A stretch of DNA of 64,000 nt. Origin: a bacterium (GTDB lineage Bacteria; Auribacterota; JABMQX01). The stretch spans positions 67,553 through 131,552 of the forward strand of contig JAUYEE010000330.1 in assembly GCA_030691545.1 (NCBI GenBank). Reading direction: 5' to 3'. The notes under the pieces are model-generated. The model did no database searches. It was not told where the DNA came from and worked only from the letters and a program-made list of their open reading frames with translations. This document shows, one piece after another, positions 1 through 8,499 of this stretch (its first letter is position 1; every line of letters starts with the position of its first letter). The translations under genes and the position numbers were made by a program.

Positions 1-412
1 CTGCGACGCCATTCTGAGCATTTATCTCAACGTGGTCGCGGGGATGGAGGTCTATCCCGAAATGATCAAGCGGAGGCTTGAACGGGAGTTGCCCTTTATG
101 GCGACGGAGAATATCCTCATGGAGGGGGTGAAGCGCGGAGGAGACCGCCAGACCCTGCATGAGAAAATGCGGCAGTACGCCTGGCAAGCGGCGGCGCAGG
201 TCAAAGGGGGCGGCGAAAACAACCTTCTCGAGATGATCGCCAATGACAAGTCGTTCAAGATGAGCCGCACCGAGATTCGGGAACTTATGGACCCCGCGCA
301 GTTTGTCGGACGAGCCCCCCAGCAGGTAGAAGAATTCATGAAGGAGGTTGTCGAGCCGATTCTTGAAGAAAACAAGGACGTTCCGGAAATTCGCGGTCGA
401 GTGAACGTGTAG
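1..412 (+). CDS. purB: adenylosuccinate lyase, C-terminal fragment (5' end outside window)
   Basis: ORF 32..412 is open to the window edge; the C-terminal region (ENILMEGVKRGGDRQ..LHEKMR..) matches the adenylosuccinate lyase C-terminal domain. Confidence 0.75.
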   Translation, partial: CDAILSIYLNVVAGMEVYPEMIKRRLERELPFMATENILMEGVKRGGDRQTLHEKMRQYAWQAAAQVKGGGENNLLEMIANDKSFKMSRTEIRELMDPAQFVGRAPQQVEEFMKEVVEPILEENKDVPEIRGRVNV

Positions 413-487
413 GCAATTCGTCTCTCCCCGCTTTTGTCCGGGCACGCCGACAATCCGAAACGGGTAACAAAAAAAACGAAACAATAG

Positions 488-592
488 GCAGGTAACGCCG
501 CCGTCTCGGCGGCAGTCCCGAGGGCGTCCCGCCCTCGGAATCGGGGGCAAGATGCCCCCGAGACAGCCGGCAGGATGCCGGCGGTACACGCG
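488..592. repeat. structured ~105-bp palindromic repeat P1 (four consecutive stem-loops); inverted copy at 35764-35866
   Basis: Sequence ~90% identical to the reverse complement of 35764-35866. Contains hairpins gccgcc/ggcggc, ccgagggcg/cgccctcgg, cgggggc/gcccccg and ccggca/tgccgg. It produces a shared spurious peptide in ORFs 52..636(-) and 35782..36147(+). Confidence 0.7.
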
Positions 593-607
593 TAATGGAG
601 GACCGGA

Positions 608-1600
608 GTGAAGCGCGCGTTGATTACCGGAATCACGGGACAGGACGGGAGCTACCTTGCGGAGTTCCTTCTTGAGAAAGGATACGAGGTGCACGGGATG
701 GTTCGGCGAGTGGCGCTCGAAGACCCGCTGCATCGCCTCAGCCGGGTTCTGCACATCAAAGACTCGATCCACATGCACTGTGCCTCCCTGGAAAGTTACG
801 CGAGCCTGCACAAGACCGTCACGACGGTTCACCCGGACGAGTGCTATCACCTCGCCGCACAGAGCTTTGTCGCCTATTCGTTCGACGACGAATTCTCCAC
901 CTTGAACACGAACATCAACGGAACTCATTATCTTCTTTCCGCGATCCAGAGTGTGGTTCCGACGTGTCGGTTCTACTTCGCTGCCTCCAGCGAGATGTTT
1001 GGGAACGCCGTGGAGGTGCCTCAGAAAGAGACCACCCCCTTTCGCCCGCGCTCCGCCTACGGCATCTCGAAACTCACCGGATTTCACCTGACCCGAAATT
1101 ACCGTGAAGCGTATGGCATGTTCGCGTGCAGCGGGATTTGCTTCAACCACGAATCCCCGCGGCGGGGGTTTGAGTTCGTGACCCGAAAAATCTCCGACGG
1201 CGTGAGCAAGATCAAACTGGGACTCCGCGAGACGCTCTCTCTTGGAAACCTCGACGCGAGACGCGATTGGGGGCACGCGAAGGATTACGTCCGAGCGATG
1301 TGGTTAATGCTTCAGCAGAACACACCCGATGATTTCGTCATTGCGACAGGGAAGTCGCATTCCGTCCGCGAGTTTTTGCAGGAAGCGTTCCGCACGGCGG
1401 GTATCGCGGACTGGGAGAGGTACATCCAGACTGACGAGCAACTCTTTCGGCCATCCGAAGTGAACGAGCTTGTCGGGGACGCGACAAAGGCAAGGCAGGT
1501 GCTTGGCTGGCAGAGCACAATTGATTTCAAATCCCTCGTGAAGGAAATGGTCACCAGCGACCTCGAAAGGACTCAGGATGCCCTCACCGGGCAGGGATGA
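608..1600 (+). CDS. gmd: GDP-mannose 4,6-dehydratase
   Basis: N-terminus ALITGITGQDGSYLAEFLLEKGYEVHG is the Rossmann/SDR signature of Gmd; 330 aa; GTG start. Confidence 0.9.
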   Translation: MKRALITGITGQDGSYLAEFLLEKGYEVHGMVRRVALEDPLHRLSRVLHIKDSIHMHCASLESYASLHKTVTTVHPDECYHLAAQSFVAYSFDDEFSTLNTNINGTHYLLSAIQSVVPTCRFYFAASSEMFGNAVEVPQKETTPFRPRSAYGISKLTGFHLTRNYREAYGMFACSGICFNHESPRRGFEFVTRKISDGVSKIKLGLRETLSLGNLDARRDWGHAKDYVRAMWLMLQQNTPDDFVIATGKSHSVREFLQEAFRTAGIADWERYIQTDEQLFRPSEVNELVGDATKARQVLGWQSTIDFKSLVKEMVTSDLERTQDALTGQG

Positions 1601-1627
1601 AGCTCAATCGCCGTGGCGGGGATTCTT

Positions 1628-1900
1628 TCAGGCAGCATCGCCGGAATTCGCCGGGCGATCTGCGTAGCAGAGGTTTGCTCTCAAACTGCGCGATTGCAGT
1701 TCGGCAGGGCACGAAGGGCGACGCTGGCAATTCTCGCAGAGGGGCACGCCTTGCGGCGCATTTAACGAACGGCGGGGCCTCACAGAGAACCATTTCTTCG
1801 CGACCGCTGCGAACCCGATGACGAAAGGAACAGCAAGCCCAGCCCCAACCGCGATGGTCTTTATGAATTCTCGCCTATTGACTGAATCCGTTTCTTTCAC
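1628..1900 (-). CDS. small Tat-signal secreted protein, 90 aa, Cys-containing (hypothetical)
   Basis: Inside ORF 1628..2161(-). An internal GTG at 1898-1900 is preceded by GAAGGAG plus 7 nt. The resulting N-terminus VKETDSVNRREFIKTIAVGAGLAVPFVIGFAAVA is a textbook twin-arginine motif (S/T-RRxFLK). The mature part is ~60 aa with a CxxC...C...C pattern. Confidence 0.5.
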   Translation of the reverse strand: MKETDSVNRREFIKTIAVGAGLAVPFVIGFAAVAKKWFSVRPRRSLNAPQGVPLCENCQRRPSCPAELQSRSLRANLCYADRPANSGDAA

Positions 1901-1992
1901 CTTGAGACTCCTTCGACGGGCAGACTTGCCGGTCCAAGACCCAATAGAATCACAGAATTGACGGGCTGTTGAGGACGATCCCCTGAATCTTG

Positions 1993-3564
1993 TCATCGTG
2001 TCGCCCCTCCCGCAGACTGCTGAGCCGTGACGATGGCCCTTGCCAGGAACTCGCCGACTGAGCGGAGGTTTTCGGGAATCGCAGGGTATTTCCGCGGATT
2101 GCGAGGCGGCCCGAAGCCTCCCAGGGCGACCTCGAGCGTGAAAGCGCAGGCGCCTGGACACGCCGAGAGCAGCCAGTTGCAGAACATGCCGGGGTCGCGC
2201 GCGCTATTCGCTTTTGCGACCGCGTGCGGGTATTTGCTTGCATCGAACTGCCTCAAAAGATGTTGCGAAAGCTGTGTTTGCATGTGCGGACCGGGGGGAA
2301 TCAGGAGCTCGATGCCGGTGACGCTCGCGGGGTAGTTGTGGATGTCGAACGCGGCAATGATGCTTCTGCCGCCGTTGACCCCAGCCGAGATCGCCTCCTT
2401 GACCGCCCGCACCTCCGGCTCGGGAACATCCGCGTCGTGCCCGGACCCGTTGTCGGACAAATCCCAATTCCGGTTCAGGTCTATCCCATGAGCATTGTAC
2501 CGGAACCAGGGATGGCTGGCGGCGTCCGGATTCACCATCGGCACGATGTGCCAGACAAGCTCCTTTCGCGCTCGCTCCGCCACGGGGTCATCCGAGAGCA
2601 GAAAGTCCATGATTCCCTCGCAGACTGCTCCACCGCCCATCTCATAGCCGTGCTGCTGGGCGACGAGCCAAACGGCGGGCCTCTCCGGCCAGGCTTCTTT
2701 CTTCTGAAGGAAGTCCGGAGAGCCGATCGTCACCCGGAAAATGGGACGCTCCTCGACGCTGTTGCCGATCCGCTCCATTCGCACGCAATCCATCAGGTAG
2801 ATTCTTCCCAAATATCGCTGGAGGTGCTGGGGCGTGTAAATAATTGACCAGGCGATGTAAAACGGGTCTCGCGTGGGGGTGAAGGCGATCTCCATGGACT
2901 CGCGGTCCGCGTCGTACCGGTATTCGGCGTTCTCCAGCACCCGCCAGTCGCCATCCACGTACGAATCCGTCCAGACCGCCCGAAAGCCTTTCGAGAATGT
3001 GCGGTCTCCGGCAGCAGTGGTGATGGAGGGAGGAGGAGGGACGTGTTTGCCAAATCCGAAAATCTCGAGCGTTATCTCCTTCCCGGCGCAGTTGTCAAGA
3101 CGACCATACCAGGCGGCGGACTCGATGAGATGGCAGGTAAACCTGTTTCCCGACTGGTGCACTTGTCCCATGTACCCTTTCGGGAATCGGTCCAAAAGGG
3201 TCAAGCCGCGGGAGGGAGGCGTTAGCACCTCCGCAAAGCAGCTATCCGCCGAGACGTTCCGCTCCTCGTCGAGAACTGTCAGCCGCGCTACATATCCGCC
3301 CGACCTCCGGTAGATGTGCGCCGCCGTCTTCCCGAAGGCGTCGTTCTGCGTCGAATCGGACTCGTCGAAATCCCAGCAATAGCGCAGGCCATTCCCGCTG
3401 GATGCCGAGCCATCGAAAAGCGCCTCCTCACAAGCGTACAGACGCATGTCCGGACCCGCATTCGCAAAAATCCGGATTTGGTCGTTGCCGGGCTTAACCA
3501 TTTCTCTCGCTTTTTTCAATGATTGGGGCTCAAGGGGATCCCGCAGCAGTTTACCTCTTCTCAC
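1993..3564 (-). CDS. M14 family zinc carboxypeptidase with N-terminal PKD domain
   Basis: PKD-like segment (LFDGSASSGNGLRYCWDFDESDS). M14 motifs HGYEMGG and VNPDA..NRNW. No obvious signal peptide at the annotated start. Confidence 0.8.
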   Translation of the reverse strand: MRRGKLLRDPLEPQSLKKAREMVKPGNDQIRIFANAGPDMRLYACEEALFDGSASSGNGLRYCWDFDESDSTQNDAFGKTAAHIYRRSGGYVARLTVLDEERNVSADSCFAEVLTPPSRGLTLLDRFPKGYMGQVHQSGNRFTCHLIESAAWYGRLDNCAGKEITLEIFGFGKHVPPPPSITTAAGDRTFSKGFRAVWTDSYVDGDWRVLENAEYRYDADRESMEIAFTPTRDPFYIAWSIIYTPQHLQRYLGRIYLMDCVRMERIGNSVEERPIFRVTIGSPDFLQKKEAWPERPAVWLVAQQHGYEMGGGAVCEGIMDFLLSDDPVAERARKELVWHIVPMVNPDAASHPWFRYNAHGIDLNRNWDLSDNGSGHDADVPEPEVRAVKEAISAGVNGGRSIIAAFDIHNYPASVTGIELLIPPGPHMQTQLSQHLLRQFDASKYPHAVAKANSARDPGMFCNWLLSACPGACAFTLEVALGGFGPPRNPRKYPAIPENLRSVGEFLARAIVTAQQSAGGATR

Positions 3565-3630
3565 CGGCGGCCGTCAATTCCTATCAGCCGTCGGCAGCGA
3601 TTCCCAAAGTTTGCGTAAGGGAAGCTCAGC

Positions 3631-4980
3631 TTGAATAAGCAAACGAAGTCTTGTATCCTCTTGAAAAGCAAACCGATCTCCCAGCGGGTCAGACTGAACG
3701 ATGGCCCTGTTTCACGGAAGTTTCTGTTCATGGGCACAGTGTCCTGGCATTTCCGGATCGCATTTTCGGGCGTGCTTCAGCGTCCGCTGCGGTCATTGCT
3801 GACGATGGTGACGGCTTCGATTGCCATCGCGTCGGTCGTGGCTTCCATGGCCATATTGAAAGGCGGCAGGCAACGAATCGAGAGGGACCTATCGAGGCTG
3901 GGATTGGATATCATCGTCGTGCAGAACATGGTCCCGAGTTTTGGGCAGGTGCTGAAGTCAAAGTTACTGACGAAGTCTGATGCCGAACAGATTCAGAAGA
4001 AGCTGCCGGAGGAGGTCGAGGCGGTCGCTCCGACTGCCTATCGGAGGTACTCGGTTTGCGTCCCGCCGAGCGAGGAGTGGACAACCGCCACAGTGCTTGG
4101 CGTAACGGCGGAATTCGGGCAGATGCTTAACCTCCGGCTGGAAACAGGGCATTTTCTGAGCGAGGTAGATGTCCGCGACCCTCGCCCCGTCTGCGTGATG
4201 GACCGAGCAATCGTCAGCGAGGTTTTCAAGGATGAAAATCCAATCGCGAAAGAAATCGAAATGGTCCGCGGCAACTCGCATCTGCGGTTGACCGTCGTCG
4301 GGGTGCTCGAAGACCCTTACAAGCTGCGGAAGCCGCGGGGACAATTGGACACAGTGGCGATGTCCCGCACGATTTTCGCAAGCCGCCTGGAGTTCAAGAA
4401 CATCTACGCGCCGCTGGGGCTAATACAGGATGAAGGGGAGGGCATCGGCACCATCCTCGTGAAAGCCCGCGACACCGACCGTGTTGACGCGGTCATGGAA
4501 AAACTGGAAAAGCTGTTTCCGCCGGAAGAGAAATATGTCGCCGTGGTGTCGCAGAAGGACTGGATTCTGGAAACTGTTCAATCCGTGCACGACTTCACCG
4601 GGTACAGCAACATCATCTGGATTATTATGGTGGGCGTAGCAGCCGCGATGATTGAGACGATTAACCTTCTGTCAGTGAGGGAACGGTACACGGAAATCGC
4701 CATTCGGAGAACCGAGGGGGCGACGAAAAAGGCGATCGGGCTACAGTTTGGACTGGAAGGTACTCTGCTCTGCGCGACCGGGGGATTGGCAGGAATCGGG
4801 TTGGGCATCGTCATGGCGATGGTGATCGAAGCGACCATCCTGCGGTGGGAGGTCGCGTTTTCGGCTTCCGCGATTGCGATTGCGGCAGGACTTTCTGTGG
4901 CGGTTGGGATTGTCTCGAGCATCCTGCCAGCGAAACGGGCGGCATCCCTGGACCCGATAGAGGTTTTCCGAATGCATTGA
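3631..4980 (+). CDS. ABC transporter permease, FtsX/MacB-like (no cognate ATPase nearby)
   Basis: N-terminal TM helix, large periplasmic loop and C-terminal FtsX-type four-helix segment (GATKKAIGLQFGLEGTLLCATGGLAGIGLG). Start uncertain: TTG 3631 or ATG 3730. Confidence 0.75.
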   Translation: MNKQTKSCILLKSKPISQRVRLNDGPVSRKFLFMGTVSWHFRIAFSGVLQRPLRSLLTMVTASIAIASVVASMAILKGGRQRIERDLSRLGLDIIVVQNMVPSFGQVLKSKLLTKSDAEQIQKKLPEEVEAVAPTAYRRYSVCVPPSEEWTTATVLGVTAEFGQMLNLRLETGHFLSEVDVRDPRPVCVMDRAIVSEVFKDENPIAKEIEMVRGNSHLRLTVVGVLEDPYKLRKPRGQLDTVAMSRTIFASRLEFKNIYAPLGLIQDEGEGIGTILVKARDTDRVDAVMEKLEKLFPPEEKYVAVVSQKDWILETVQSVHDFTGYSNIIWIIMVGVAAAMIETINLLSVRERYTEIAIRRTEGATKKAIGLQFGLEGTLLCATGGLAGIGLGIVMAMVIEATILRWEVAFSASAIAIAAGLSVAVGIVSSILPAKRAASLDPIEVFRMH

Positions 4981-5081
4981 ATCCTGCGGATGCAGTGCGA
5001 GAAGAGCAGCGACCCCGGACAAGTGGAACATGGCGGTCGCCCCGCTGTCGGCGCCGGACAATACGTGAGTTAAGCGAAATC

Positions 5082-5876
5082 ATGCTATGGGCTGCATTGC
5101 TGCTGTTGTTGTACAGTTACCGTGAGGCGCAGGCCATCCGACTGCGAAATGAGCGGATTGTCCTCAAGAGACTTCCGCGTGCGTTCGAAGGCTTCACCAT
5201 TGCCCTTCTGGCCGACCTGCACACCTCCTACTTCGGTCGGCGGGAGAAACGGCTTTGTGAACTGCTCCGTAATATTGAAGCCGACATGGTCGTGTTTGCG
5301 GGCGATTTCAAGCGCCGGAAGGCAACGAAGGAGGCTCCGGTAGCCGCGGCGCTGAAAGAGATTTCACGGTGCCTTCGATCCCGCCTCGCGCCACTCGCGG
5401 TCTTAGGAAATAAGGACAAAGCCGGGATGACCGCCGGGATTGAAGCGGCAGGCATCGAGATGCTTTCCGGCAGGGCGAAGCGAGTCAATCGGGGAAAAGA
5501 TGATATTTGGCTCGCGGGTGTGGATTCGTTGAGCCTCCAGCGGCTGGCGCGAGCGCTGATTTCCGTCACATCCGAAATCCCCGACGGGAGTTTTAAGATT
5601 CTTCTGTCGCACGGGCCGGACGTAGCGCGGCTGGCGAATGCGCTGGGATACGACCTCATTCTGTGTGGCGATACGCACGGCGGGCAAATCCGCCTGCCGC
5701 TGATTGGGGCGCCGGTCGTGAAATCAGAAATCTCCCGGCGTTACTGCCAGGGCATAATGCAGGAGGGCAGTGCGACGCTCTGCATCAGCAGCGGAATCGG
5801 CACCTGTGCCTTTCCGTTTCGCTTCCTGTGCCCCCCGGAGGTCATGCTGCTAACTCTGAGTCGCGAGCGAGGATGA
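5082..5876 (+). CDS. calcineurin-like metallophosphoesterase (YkuE-like)
   Basis: ALLADLHTSY..VVFAGDF..GNKD..LSHGPD..CGDTHGGQ metallophosphatase motifs. ATG at 5082 chosen after a hydrophobic leader; the upstream ORF extension overlaps the preceding gene. Confidence 0.75.
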   Translation: MLWAALLLLLYSYREAQAIRLRNERIVLKRLPRAFEGFTIALLADLHTSYFGRREKRLCELLRNIEADMVVFAGDFKRRKATKEAPVAAALKEISRCLRSRLAPLAVLGNKDKAGMTAGIEAAGIEMLSGRAKRVNRGKDDIWLAGVDSLSLQRLARALISVTSEIPDGSFKILLSHGPDVARLANALGYDLILCGDTHGGQIRLPLIGAPVVKSEISRRYCQGIMQEGSATLCISSGIGTCAFPFRFLCPPEVMLLTLSRERG

Positions 5877-6841
5877 AACCGGGCATTGACGTTGAGAAAA
5901 AAGTCAGGCTGCTTAGAGAGAGAGTCGGCGAGGCAATCTCGCTCCTCGGGACGTGCTCGATCTGCCCGAGGAACTGCGGCGTGAATCGCCTCGAGGGAGA
6001 AACCGGCGTATGCCGGGTTGGCAGAGAAGTGATTGTCTCGACGGCGTCCCTCCATCACGGGGAGGAACCGCCGATTTCAGGTTACTGCGGCTCGGGGACC
6101 ATTTTCTTCTCGTCGTGCAATCTCCGATGCGTCTTCTGCCAGAACTACGAGATTAGCCAGATGAGCCACGGGGACCCCGTGACTACGGACGAGTTGGCGG
6201 CGATGATGCTGGCGTTGCAGAAGAAAGGCGCCCACAACATCAACTTAGTGACGCCCACACATTTCGGGCCGCAGATCATGGAGGCTCTTCTCAAAGCGTA
6301 CGAGAGAGGTCTGAGTATTCCTATCGTGTACAACTGCGGCGGCTATGACTCCGTGGAGGTGTTGAAGCTGTGGGATGGCATCATTGACATCTACATGCCG
6401 GACATGAAATACGGAAAAGAAGAGTCCGCGAGAAAATATTCCTCCGCGCCGGATTATCCGCGGGCTAATCAGGAAGCCGTCTTAGAGATGCACCGGCAGG
6501 TGGGAGACCTCCGGATGGACGAGCAGGGCATCGCCAAAAGAGGCTTGCTCATTCGCCATCTTGTTCTCCCGAACGGCGTCGCCGGCAGCGAAGAGGTCAT
6601 GCGCTTCATCGCCGAGAAGGTCTCCCGCGGCACGTACATCAGCCTCATGAGCCAGTACTTCCCACAGTACCGGGCGGACGAGTTCCCGGAGATTAACCGG
6701 CGAATCACAAGGGCGGAATATCTCCCCGTCCAAAACCTGATGAAGAAGCTCGGCTTGACCAGCGGCTGGTTTCAGAACGTCCCCATTGACCCGGAGGTCT
6801 TCGCGCTTCGTCGGTTCTTGCTCGGGGACACGGACAAGTAG
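5873..6841 (+). CDS. radical SAM protein, PflX-like (COG1313, pyruvate-formate-lyase-activase homolog)
   Basis: Cys cluster (CSICPRNCGVNR, FFSSCNLRCVFCQN) typical of PflX-type radical SAM proteins. ATG 5873 overlaps the stop of the previous gene (ATGA). Confidence 0.85.
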   Translation: MKPGIDVEKKVRLLRERVGEAISLLGTCSICPRNCGVNRLEGETGVCRVGREVIVSTASLHHGEEPPISGYCGSGTIFFSSCNLRCVFCQNYEISQMSHGDPVTTDELAAMMLALQKKGAHNINLVTPTHFGPQIMEALLKAYERGLSIPIVYNCGGYDSVEVLKLWDGIIDIYMPDMKYGKEESARKYSSAPDYPRANQEAVLEMHRQVGDLRMDEQGIAKRGLLIRHLVLPNGVAGSEEVMRFIAEKVSRGTYISLMSQYFPQYRADEFPEINRRITRAEYLPVQNLMKKLGLTSGWFQNVPIDPEVFALRRFLLGDTDK

Positions 6842-7024
6842 CGCCCCGCTGTCCGAGCCAAACGCAGAGACCCCAAATATCCCGCGCTTCTAACTTACAC
6901 TCATCTTGGCGCCTTCGGGTCTTTGGGAGCAGCGTCTTTTGCCCTGTTTCTCTCGCCAAGCGGCGAAGCCGCCAAGGGGCCACGCCCCATCATCACAACC
7001 GCAAACATTCAGGGACATCGCGCT

Positions 7025-7054
7025 TGACGTCGGCCACAGGTTTGCAATATAGTG
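7025..7054 (+). promoter_or_regulatory. sigma70-like promoter (TTGACG-N18-TATAGT) with GTGACTG direct repeats
   Basis: cttgacgtcggccacaggtttgcaatatagtgactgttgggcttagtcattgtgactgg lies immediately upstream of the small ORF. The -10 overlaps an operator-like TGACTG..N15..GTGACTG. Confidence 0.4.
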
Positions 7055-7132
7055 ACTGTTGGGCTTAGTCATTGTGACTGGACTCGGAAACTCGTGAGGC
7101 GGGGGAATCCCTTGAGAAAAGGAGACGACACG

Positions 7133-7261
7133 ATGGGCAAGACTCGCATAGGTTACCGCAGCGCCATAACCGGCAGATTTGTGAAACCCGGGGACGCTAA
7201 AAAGCATCCGCGGACAACGGTGGGTGAGCGGATCCCCGTGAAGCCTAAGAAAGGCGAGTGA
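7133..7261 (+). CDS. small basic protein, 42 aa (hypothetical; possible regulator of the downstream R-M-like module)
   Basis: ATG 7133 is preceded by AAAGGAGA plus 7 nt. Protein MGKTRIGYRSAITGRFVKPGDAKKHPRTTVGERIPVKPKKGE. The ORF-track start at 7052 lies inside the promoter -10 element. Confidence 0.4.
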   Translation: MGKTRIGYRSAITGRFVKPGDAKKHPRTTVGERIPVKPKKGE

Positions 7262-7643
7262 CTTCTATCGGGAGCGTCTGGGCATCATGTTTGCAGCGCC
7301 GGCGGCTGCTCATGCTGTCTTGGGCGGTATAGCCAGCCGTAAGATCACGCCGCCGCAACAAGATGATCGAGGTGAGGCCGAACATGCGGCTTCATATCCG
7401 GGCGCACGAGGCCGTTCCTCGGTGGAAACGCCTGCGGTCGGGGTGAGTTCTTGTCGGCCCCGTCACCAAGCGCACGAGGGTTGAAAGGGAAGAAGCCAGG
7501 CGTATCGGCCAGTGGGCGTGCAACGGGGAGGCAGACCCGAAAGGGCCCGGACTAATCGTGTTATGAACAAGCCGGGTGGAGCATAGTCGGCCAGAAGCAG
7601 AACGGGGGCCGAGCGAAGTTGAGGGCCAGCGAGGACGTTCGGC

Positions 7644-8432
7644 GTGAAGAAAACGAAAGCATTCGATGTATTCGCCTCTTGCGCTCACGCGATCATACAG
7701 GCGGTACTGATAAATCGGGTTAGCAAGACCGACAAGGAATTCCACTTCCAGAACTGGTTTGAGGATCGCCTCCGGGGTACTGGAGTTCTGTTCGACAAGA
7801 GCGGCAGGAATTCGTACCCGGACTTCACTCTGGTGCAGTTCACCGAGGGGTACGAGACGAAAGGACTTGCGTGGCCGGGCAGAGAATCAACATACGACTG
7901 CAACAGTCAGGTTCCGAGCGGGTATCACAACGGACGTGACATATTCTATGTATTCGGGCGCTATCCGAAGGCGGAGGACGACGCAAGGGAGTATCCGGTG
8001 ATTGACTTGGTGCTGTGCCATGGCGACTTCCTTAATGCGGACCACGAATACGTTCACAAGAACAAGGCAATCAAGGGCTTCGGTACCTACGGGGACATCA
8101 TGATCCGGGACAGGAAGATGTACGTCGCACCTACCCCTTTTGCCCTTGCACGTGGCCTCACGGGCACTCGGACTTTGCTGGTACCATCGTCATGGGAACC
8201 CCCGAAGGGATTCAAGAAGGTCGGAGATATCATGCGGGTAGAAGCGCCAGACCTTGTGGTTGGGTACGAGTTCGACCTCAAGGCAAACAGCATTTGTGCG
8301 AAGGCGGTTCCGAATCCTGCGGCAGGCAAGGAGCACTGCTTCGTCTCCTATCGAATCGAATCGGACCCCGACGCGGCCGTCACTCTGGTTTGCAACGCGC
8401 ACCGTGAGCGTCTGGACGACTCTGACGCGTGA
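7644..8432 (+). CDS. PD-(D/E)xK nuclease, candidate Type II restriction endonuclease
   Basis: 262 aa. YPDF...(11 aa)...EGYETK gives a PD...ExK catalytic motif. Lower GC than flanks. Immediately upstream of a DNA methyltransferase on the same strand. Confidence 0.55.
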   Translation: MKKTKAFDVFASCAHAIIQAVLINRVSKTDKEFHFQNWFEDRLRGTGVLFDKSGRNSYPDFTLVQFTEGYETKGLAWPGRESTYDCNSQVPSGYHNGRDIFYVFGRYPKAEDDAREYPVIDLVLCHGDFLNADHEYVHKNKAIKGFGTYGDIMIRDRKMYVAPTPFALARGLTGTRTLLVPSSWEPPKGFKKVGDIMRVEAPDLVVGYEFDLKANSICAKAVPNPAAGKEHCFVSYRIESDPDAAVTLVCNAHRERLDDSDA

Positions 8433-8499
8433 GGTCTGTTCTGCTTGAACTGGGGAGCCCCGGTGCTCCCACGATGTTAGAACCGCGGGAGTAGTACAT

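Noticed and set aside
52-636. 194-aa minus-strand ORF and 35782..36147 + ORF sharing the peptide ILPAVSGASCPRFRGRDALGTAAETAALP
   Set aside because: The shared peptide is produced by the inverted palindromic repeat P. These are not paralogous proteins.
4845-5081. 5' extensions of several ORF-track entries (4845, 5663, 11010, 12137, 16497, 38137, 49328, 50551, 58635, 61456)
   Set aside because: The extensions overlap upstream genes or lack an RBS. The internal starts I chose restore signal peptides or conserved N-termini and have Shine-Dalgarno sequences.
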